From: Candidatus Scalindua sp.
GTDB lineage: Bacteria; Planctomycetota; Brocadiia; Brocadiales; Scalinduaceae
Assembly (NCBI GenBank): GCA_031316235.1
Contig: JALDRA010000001.1
Location: 2,010,001 to 2,042,000 of the forward strand
DNA length: 32,000 bases
Direction: 5' to 3'
Part shown: in pieces, positions 25,836 to 32,000 of the stretch
Layout of the letters: every line of letters begins with the position of its first letter
Numbering within the stretch: the stretch's first letter is position 1
Program-made: the position numbers and the translations under genes
The notes under the pieces: model-generated
Seen by the model: only the letters and a program-made list of their open reading frames with translations
The model's database searches: none
What the model was told of the DNA's origin: nothing

Positions 25836-26197
25836 AGAAAGAAGCTAATGTTTTCGAGGAGATAAAAAAACTTGTTCATAAAGAGCGATGGAAATATAAG
25901 CAGGAATTAACAAGAAACACTAGATTGCTTGATGACCTTAGAATAGATGGAGATGATGCAGATGATTTTTTTCACGCTTTTAAAGAACATTTTAAAGTTG
26001 ACTTGTCATCTTTGGATTTAAGAAAGTATTTTAACAAGGTTATCTATGGCAAACCAGGAGAGTATCAACCCTCTTCATTTGATCCAAATGTTCCAGGTGG
26101 CAGATTCGACTCACGTCAAGACATTCAAGATACTGTATATGGTGCAAAAGGTATACCATTGCGTTTCCCCGATGATAGCATATATTATGGCAGATAA
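25832..26197 (+). CDS. Putative cognate immunity protein (DUF1493-like)
   Basis: ATG overlaps the toxin stop (ATGA). LLDDLRIDGDDADDFFHAFKEHFKVDLSSLDLRKYF resembles the acidic helix plus F.V D...F...KYF signature of DUF1493 proteins. Confidence 0.5.
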   Translation: MKKEANVFEEIKKLVHKERWKYKQELTRNTRLLDDLRIDGDDADDFFHAFKEHFKVDLSSLDLRKYFNKVIYGKPGEYQPSSFDPNVPGGRFDSRQDIQDTVYGAKGIPLRFPDDSIYYGR

Positions 26198-26424
26198 GGT
26201 GGGTACGGGTGACAGGGAGCTGGAAAAAGTAGCAGAAAAAGGTAATATTATTATTATACCAGTCGCAAAATCTTCCCTAGACGTCAGACACTGCAAATTA
26301 AATATCTGGGGGAATGTCGGGGGATCAAACCTGATCTATTGGCATATAATCCTTCATAATGATTTAGAAACATCTCTCAAGACCGGGCTAATTCACTATT
26401 CAAGGTGACACTATGCCCCATGTC

Positions 26425-26838
26425 CTATTTCTTAGTACGTTTCCAGCTGATCTTTACCGTTTTTTTCCCCCACTTCTTTGCTGCCTTGACATCGGTACCC
26501 ATATAAATGTCTATCCTCTTTTTCCACTTCTTATTCATTTTATCTAAAACTTTGTACGTTCCCGGAAATCCTTCTATAGAAACCTCAGTTTTATGAACTA
26601 ACCCGAGAGCAATAAGGTCTCTTGATACTGCAATTGATTTCATACCGGGTTTGAGCTTATCACCCCACGCGGTAATAGCAGGATTTTTGTTCGTCTGATT
26701 TGCAAGAGAGTTATAAGCGGTAGCAACTACTTCAAGAGAGATCTGGTCACTTCTGTTGCCGGCTATGCAGCTCATGGCCATAAAAAAGACAAGGGGTATG
26801 AGAAATAGTTGATTTTTAAAAAGTTTTTTTTTGTACAT
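26425..26838 (-). CDS. 3D-domain lipoprotein (MltA/RlpA-like double-psi beta-barrel)
   Basis: VATAYNSLANQTNKNPAITAWGDKLKPGMKSIAVSRD...GTYKVLDKMNKKWKKRIDIYMG matches the 3D domain. Signal with lipobox AMSC. Start trimmed to ATG 26838, because the track's N-terminal 33 aa are read through repeat copy D. Confidence 0.75.
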   Translation of the reverse strand: MYKKKLFKNQLFLIPLVFFMAMSCIAGNRSDQISLEVVATAYNSLANQTNKNPAITAWGDKLKPGMKSIAVSRDLIALGLVHKTEVSIEGFPGTYKVLDKMNKKWKKRIDIYMGTDVKAAKKWGKKTVKISWKRTKK

Positions 26839-26867
26839 ATACAGGTACCTGAAGAGTGTGATAAGCG

Positions 26868-26984
26868 GATATACTAAAACCGATTTGGTTTTCGGTTTTA
26901 CCGGAAACCAAATCCTGGTGAAGGTATACTCGCTCAAATTTATCTCGGATTTTATCCGAAATCCAGTATGAGATGAGTATAAAT
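26868..26984 (+). repeat. Dispersed structured repeat, copy D (117 nt)
   Basis: GATATACTAAAACCGATTTGGTTTTCGGTTTTACCGGAAACCAAATCC...TCGGATTTTATCCGAAATCCAGTATGAGATGAGTATAAAT. The reverse complement differs from copy B at 4 positions. It lies 29 nt upstream of the 3D-lipoprotein start. Confidence 0.8.
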
Positions 26985-27419
26985 AGAAAAGTGTCCCATG
27001 GTTACATGCAACACTTCCATTATATTTACATTAATCACGGATTACAAAGACCATTTGTGGTCAGACTTAATCTGCAGACAAAGGATCAAAACTCATTATG
27101 CCTGTCATGGTCAGGGAATTATTTACTATAGAGAATGAGAAACCATGATTTCAGGCATACTGAGCCGTACTTATATCCATAGAACAGCCAGCGTAACTAA
27201 CCAGTCCATCATTAACCAGCCATTTTCCGCACTCAACCTGAAAAACCACAATCAAGGACTACGCAATGCATAAACTTTTCTCCTGAAGAAATACACACAA
27301 AAGTGCACGAATTTTTCGCATAAAATTAAATTTATTTGAAAAAAAGCTTTTTTCCATACGTTTTTAGTAAGATAATAGAGGTGTACCTTAAATTATGAAA
27401 ATTAACTGCGGAGGTAAAT

Positions 27420-28487
27420 ATGTCGGGAAAATATAGTATCCATTTCCTACCCGTCTTTTTTTTACTTTTTATGCCAGTCAGTTTATCTGCTGAAACGAAA
27501 TACGAGAAAGCTACTTTCGCGGGGGGCTGTTTCTGGTGTATGGAGCATCCTTTCGAAAAACTGAAAGGGGTATCAGAGGTTTTGTCCGGCTATACGGGCG
27601 GGCGTAAAAAAAATCCGACGTATAAAGAGGTTTCGGCTGGAGCAACCTCTCATTATGAAGCGATCCAGATCACCTATGATCCGTCAGAAATAAGCTATTC
27701 CGAATTACTCGATGTATTCTGGAGACAGATAAACCCGGCAGATCCGGGCGGCCAGTTTGCTGATCGGGGCCCCCAATACAGGACTGCGGTCTTTTATCAC
27801 AATGAAAGACAGAAACTTCTGGCAGAGGAATCGAAAGCACAACTGGATAAATCAGGAAGATATGACGGACCAATCGTTACAGAGATTATTGAGGCAACTT
27901 CATTTTATAAAGCTGAAGAGTATCATCAGGATTATTACAAAAAGAGCCCTCTGCAGTATAAGGAGTATAGAAGAGGTTCTGGCCGTGATAGATTCCTGGA
28001 AAGGGTTTGGGGTGAAGAGATGGTTACAGGTCAGAATACCAACAATAAAAAATTTGATAAACCGGCGAAGTCAGAACTGTTGAAGAAATTGAATCCGTTA
28101 CAATATAAAGTAACCCAGGAGAGCGGTACGGAAAGACCATTCGATAATGAATTTTGGGATAATAAAAAGGAGGGGATTTACATTGATATTGTCTCCGGTG
28201 AACCTCTTTTCAGCTCACACGACAAGTTTACTTCCGGTACCGGATGGCCAAGTTTTACAAAACCGCTTGAACGTGAAAATATTGTAGAAATTGAAGACAG
28301 AAAGTTCTTCATGAAGAGAATAGAAGTAAGAAGCAGGCATGCGGATTCTCACCTCGGCCATGTGTTTAATGATGGCCCTGAACCTACGGGACTCCGCTAT
28401 TGCATAAACTCTGCTTCTCTCCGTTTTATTCCAAAAGAGGATCTGGAAAAAGAGGGATATGGTGAATATAAAAAGCTTTTTGAATAG
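27420..28487 (+). CDS. msrAB: Secreted bifunctional peptide-methionine sulfoxide reductase MsrA-MsrB fusion
   Basis: Signal peptide. MsrA active site GGCFWC. MsrB motifs GWPSF and RYCINSASL. Confidence 0.93.
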   Translation: MSGKYSIHFLPVFFLLFMPVSLSAETKYEKATFAGGCFWCMEHPFEKLKGVSEVLSGYTGGRKKNPTYKEVSAGATSHYEAIQITYDPSEISYSELLDVFWRQINPADPGGQFADRGPQYRTAVFYHNERQKLLAEESKAQLDKSGRYDGPIVTEIIEATSFYKAEEYHQDYYKKSPLQYKEYRRGSGRDRFLERVWGEEMVTGQNTNNKKFDKPAKSELLKKLNPLQYKVTQESGTERPFDNEFWDNKKEGIYIDIVSGEPLFSSHDKFTSGTGWPSFTKPLERENIVEIEDRKFFMKRIEVRSRHADSHLGHVFNDGPEPTGLRYCINSASLRFIPKEDLEKEGYGEYKKLFE

Positions 28488-28566
28488 AGAAATACTTTAT
28501 CCTCATTTACCTTTACCTGTATGTTTTCAGGAACCTGATAGATATCCGGCCGGGACAGGGAGACAC

Positions 28567-29964
28567 TTATGATGATTGTCCTGATTTGATATCATATTTT
28601 TTGAGAATGCGCTGTAAATACTGCCGTTCTATTTTGATCTCCTTTGCCGCATTTGTTACATTACCACTGTTTTTGTTCAATACATTCATTACGTATTTAA
28701 TGTTAAAGTTATCGAGGGCCTTTCTGCGTGCTTCCTTATAGGGGTGAGAAAATAATTCTTCCCAGAACATGTCGTTTTTACCCTCTTTTTTTGCAAAGGG
28801 AAAAATAACCGGTAAGGGAATTATCGGTTCATTTGTGAGGGTAATTGCCCTCTCAATCGCGTTTTCAAGTTCACGAATGTTGCCCGGCCAGTGGTACCGA
28901 TAAAATTCCTCTTCCACTTCAGGAGAAATTCCTTTTATCTGCTTATGTTCTCTTTTATTATACTTTTCAATAAAATACTTTGTAAGTAAGGGAATATCCT
29001 CTTTCCTGTCCCGCAATGGCGGCATTTTTATACTGATAACATTTAGACGGTAGTATAAATCCTCACGAAAATCCTTTTCCTTTACCTGTTTGAGGAGATT
29101 CTGGTTTGTTGCGGCAATAATCCGCACATCAACATGCCTTGCAAGGGTATCTCCCAGCGGAATAAATTCTCCTCCCTGAAGTACGCGCAAAATTTTTGCC
29201 TGAACCGCGGTTGGAATATCTCCAATCTCGTCCATAAAAAGAGTGCCTTCATCCGCCTCCTCAAAAAGCCCTTTTTTCGATTGTATGGCACCGGTAAATG
29301 CCCCTTTTTTGTGTCCAAATAATTCACTTTCCAGTAGATTTTCTGATAATGTGGCACAATTGATCACGACAAATTTCTTATGCTTTCTATTGCCGGTGAA
29401 ATGGATTGCCCTTGCCACGAGTTCCTTCCCCGTTCCGCTCTCTCCGGTAATCAGGACCGTGGCGGTACTGAATGCCACCCGGGAAATCATATCCATTACC
29501 TTCTGAATTTCTCTGGAAGTCCCTATGATAGTTTTTAACCCGAAGGCCTTTTTCAGCTCTGAATGAAGGTATTTGTTTTCCTCAATGATATTGTGCTGTG
29601 CAATCATACGGTCGACATTGAGGATGATTTCATCTAAGCTGAACGGTTTTGTTATGTAATTAAATGCACCCCGCTTCATTGCCTCAACTGCGGTTTCAAT
29701 ACCACCGTAAGCGGTCATTATTAAAACAGAAGTGTTATAATTCTCTTTCGCCTTCTGGAGTAATTCAAGGCCATCGATACCTCCGGGGAGCTTCATATCA
29801 GCAATGATAATGGAAAATTCCTGATTTTTTAGTTCTTCCAGCGCTTTTTCTCCGGAGTCAGCAGTTTTGACAGTAAATCCGCGTTCAGTTAATGCGTTTT
29901 TCAGCACCCTTCTGTATCCAATCTCATCATCTACAACCAGTATACTGGTTTCACTCTTATTCAT
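28567..29964 (-). CDS. Sigma-54-dependent response regulator (NtrC family)
   Basis: Receiver (ILVVDDE...ADMKLPG), AAA+ domain with GESGTGKE Walker A and the GAFTGA sigma-54 contact loop, and a C-terminal Fis-type HTH. Confidence 0.92.
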   Translation of the reverse strand: MNKSETSILVVDDEIGYRRVLKNALTERGFTVKTADSGEKALEELKNQEFSIIIADMKLPGGIDGLELLQKAKENYNTSVLIMTAYGGIETAVEAMKRGAFNYITKPFSLDEIILNVDRMIAQHNIIEENKYLHSELKKAFGLKTIIGTSREIQKVMDMISRVAFSTATVLITGESGTGKELVARAIHFTGNRKHKKFVVINCATLSENLLESELFGHKKGAFTGAIQSKKGLFEEADEGTLFMDEIGDIPTAVQAKILRVLQGGEFIPLGDTLARHVDVRIIAATNQNLLKQVKEKDFREDLYYRLNVISIKMPPLRDRKEDIPLLTKYFIEKYNKREHKQIKGISPEVEEEFYRYHWPGNIRELENAIERAITLTNEPIIPLPVIFPFAKKEGKNDMFWEELFSHPYKEARRKALDNFNIKYVMNVLNKNSGNVTNAAKEIKIERQYLQRILKKYDIKSGQSS

Positions 29965-32000
29965 GATTTTTTCCGGATCCGGGTGGGCAATAATATCCTG
30001 AACGTAGTTCCTTTTCCCACCTCGCTCTCCACCTCAATAGTACCCCCATGCATTTTTACAATCCGGTAACTGATACTCAAACCAAGCCCTGTCCCCTTAC
30101 CGTCTTTCCTTGCAGTAAAAAAAGGATCAAATATTTTGCCCGAATTATATTTATTAATACCCACGCCCGTATCGCTAATGAATATTTCTACCAACTCTTT
30201 ACCGGCATGAAAAAGTGTTCCGATTGTCAGTATCCCTTTTCTGGAAATTCCTCTCTGCGTTAAATCACCGGTAGACTCTTTCATTGCAAAAACAGCGTTA
30301 TTGGCAATATTAATAACCACCTGTTCAATCTGACGACTGTCCATCATAATGTCGGGCATATCCAGACTGAGTTTCCGTATAACCTCTATTTTCTCTTTAC
30401 GGTACTGTTTTTCTACAATGTTAAGTATAGTATCTATCAGATTATTCACATTTGCCAAGTCCATTTTTGGTTCTTTCTGCCTTGAAAAATCAAGCAGGCC
30501 GTTGATTAACTCTTTACACCTGATGGACTCCCTTGCAGAACCTTCCAGGTATTCGCACAAAAAAGACCTGTACTTACTTATAGTGGAGTATGTTTCTTCC
30601 AATCCATCATGGTATTTTATTAAATTATCAATAACGTATAGCAGCTCTTTTTTGAAAAAACTCTTCCCCTCATTGACTTCGGCTTCACTGTCCAGGATTT
30701 CGAAAAGCCTGTTCAGGTGTTGTGCATATTCAGAAATGGAAAGTGAGCTGATGCTCTCAAAGGCATTGGTGATCTTTTTGAAAAGTCTCATACTTTCCGT
30801 GCTGTAGAGGTAAATCACCCCTACAGGGTTATTAATTTCATGGGCAATTCCTGCGATCAATTGGCCTATGGAAGCAAGCCTGTCAGACTGCACAAGTTTC
30901 TGCTCCAGTTTTCTCAATTCGGTGATGTCACGGGCAATCCCGACTATGCTTATCACCTCACCCTCTTTATTCTTTATGGGGGAGGTGCTGAGCAGCACAT
31001 TTCTGACATTTTTCTGCTTATCCAGGATTTCAACTTCAAATCTGCGGACGAATTCGTTATATATCAGATGATCGTCGTTCTTGAGGCTGTTATCAAAAAA
31101 GATGGAAATCAATGGAATGCCTATTAAATCCTCTTCATCGTATCCCCAGTCAGTAATCTTCGGGTTGACAGATGTAAAGATTCCCCGTGCATCCAGGGTA
31201 AATATCAAGTCGTTGGCAAACCTTAAAATATTCACCAGATATTCCTTTCTTTCTTCAAGGGCTTCCTTGAGCAACAGGAGTTTTTCACGGGAGTCCTTGA
31301 TATCACCGGCCATATGAGTAAAAGATTCCGTAAGCTCCCCTAATTCATCTTTCAAACGGGTTTCCATCCGAAAATCCAGGTCACCCGCGGCTACCTTCTT
31401 CATACCCTTGACAAGCATGAGAATAGGGGTGATAATGCCTCTCGAGACAAATAATGAAACAAATATAACACCAATAATGCATATGCCAACCATGGTAATT
31501 AGCCGGTTTTTAAAGGTATAAATGGAAGAGTATGCCTCTGATTCATCTGTTTCCACCATTATGACCCAATCCATTTTCTTCAAATAGAGTGATGCTCCAA
31601 TAACGCTTACCCCCCGGTAATCCTTGTAAACTCCGATAAATTCTCTTCCATTTGAATGTGCGGCAAGCGCGGCTTCTGATTGTACGACCTGTCTTAAGAT
31701 TGCATTACTTTCAAACCTGGATTCAGTAATCATGAAGCCTTCTTTATTTACAATATATATCTCACTGGTCATTCCCCTTCTGTGATAGGTACTCATATCA
31801 ACTTCTGTATCCACATTTATTCCTGCAGTAATTTCATTCAACCTCCTGGCATTGAAACGTATTACGAGTACACCCAGGAGTGTTTCATCACTCTTTTTCA
31901 GTATTGGCGCAGAAAATGCCATCGAATACTCTCCTCTATTTCTGCCTCTGTAGACATCCTTGACGTAAGGCCCCTCTTTACCATATGTAAAATAATCTAC
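29961..32000 (-). CDS. Cache-HAMP-PAS sensor histidine kinase, 5' end beyond the window
   Basis: H-box GIAHEINNPV and HATPase motifs (DTGVGI, GTGLGLS). The ATGA overlap with the regulator indicates an operon. The frame stays open from 31922 to the window edge (VDYFTYGKEGPYVKDVYRGRNRGEYS-MAFS...), so the track's Met is internal. Confidence 0.9.
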   Translation of the reverse strand, partial: VDYFTYGKEGPYVKDVYRGRNRGEYSMAFSAPILKKSDETLLGVLVIRFNARRLNEITAGINVDTEVDMSTYHRRGMTSEIYIVNKEGFMITESRFESNAILRQVVQSEAALAAHSNGREFIGVYKDYRGVSVIGASLYLKKMDWVIMVETDESEAYSSIYTFKNRLITMVGICIIGVIFVSLFVSRGIITPILMLVKGMKKVAAGDLDFRMETRLKDELGELTESFTHMAGDIKDSREKLLLLKEALEERKEYLVNILRFANDLIFTLDARGIFTSVNPKITDWGYDEEDLIGIPLISIFFDNSLKNDDHLIYNEFVRRFEVEILDKQKNVRNVLLSTSPIKNKEGEVISIVGIARDITELRKLEQKLVQSDRLASIGQLIAGIAHEINNPVGVIYLYSTESMRLFKKITNAFESISSLSISEYAQHLNRLFEILDSEAEVNEGKSFFKKELLYVIDNLIKYHDGLEETYSTISKYRSFLCEYLEGSARESIRCKELINGLLDFSRQKEPKMDLANVNNLIDTILNIVEKQYRKEKIEVIRKLSLDMPDIMMDSRQIEQVVINIANNAVFAMKESTGDLTQRGISRKGILTIGTLFHAGKELVEIFISDTGVGINKYNSGKIFDPFFTARKDGKGTGLGLSISYRIVKMHGGTIEVESEVGKGTTFRILLPTRIRKKS

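Noticed and set aside
26187-26408. 73-aa ORF (MADKVGTGDRELEKVAEKGNIIIIPVAKSS...) overlapping the end of the immunity gene; also considered a frameshifted continuation (track ORF 26046..26408)
   Set aside because: No motif and no RBS, and an 11-nt out-of-frame overlap. The DUF1493-like protein already has normal length, so a frameshift is unnecessary. It could be a remnant of another orphan immunity gene but cannot be supported.
26839-26937. N-terminal 33-aa extension of the 3D-domain ORF (MSEYTFTRIWFPVKPKTKSVLVYP...), and the 65-aa ORF 24116..24313
   Set aside because: Both are read-throughs of the dispersed repeat, and the same pseudo-peptide appears wherever the repeat occurs. The real start of the 3D gene is the ATG at 26838, followed by a lipoprotein signal.
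27000-27419. 420-nt non-coding stretch upstream of msrAB, including a 42-codon ORF starting about 27146
   Set aside because: There are only short ORFs without RBS or motifs, and no repeats or notable stems. The GTGCAC-N-TTTCGCA near 27303 lacks the GG of a sigma-54 -24 box.
1-32000. Scan for CRISPR arrays, tRNA/rRNA genes, integrases/transposases, reverse transcriptases and prophage genes
   Set aside because: No regularly spaced direct repeats, no tRNA T-loop/acceptor patterns, no rRNA-like conserved blocks, and no ORF with recombinase, transposase or RT motifs was seen.

Overview
32-kb chromosomal window from an AT-rich diderm bacterium (roughly 40% GC by eye, not computed). The gene content includes multihaem cytochromes, DUF3365 and Cache haem-type sensors, a sigma-54 two-component system, NarK and a periplasmic alpha-carbonic anhydrase. 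This fits an anaerobic or microaerophilic nitrogen-cycling lifestyle, but I cannot assign a taxon from sequence alone. I support about 35 protein genes and find no rRNA, tRNA or CRISPR array. The housekeeping backbone is gltA, an rluD-like gene, tatA, tmk, a macro-domain protein, degP/htrA, topA and msrAB. Accessory or unusual parts: (1) A redox cluster at 3.8-7.9 kb. It holds a flavoprotein with a C-terminal Zn ribbon, a 77-aa rubredoxin-knuckle plus desulforedoxin-like protein translationally coupled (TGATG) to a rubredoxin-less rubrerythrin-type diiron protein, and a convergent DUF3365 - Fe-S flavoprotein - tetrahaem cytochrome operon. (2) A co-directional minus-strand block at 16.5-22.4 kb: receiver-only regulator, Cache-type membrane sensor with an inserted CxxCH and no output domain, PAS-only protein, NarK, a tightly coupled TDT/SLAC1-like anion channel, and alpha-CA. 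(3) A small accessory islet at 24.2-27.0 kb: hicBA (hicA is absent from the ORF track), an orphan Rhs C-terminal toxin cassette with a coupled DUF1493-like immunity gene, and a 3D-domain lipoprotein. (4) A dispersed, hairpin-rich ~116-145 nt repeat family present at five loci. Two copies 25 kb apart differ at only 4 positions, and two copies sit 26-29 nt upstream of lipoprotein genes. (5) A candidate structured RNA at 22.56-22.69 kb with a 12-bp closing stem and terminator/antiterminator-like arms. (6) An untracked 31-aa highly basic ORF immediately after tatA. All functional calls rest on motifs I can read in the translations; no database search was run.
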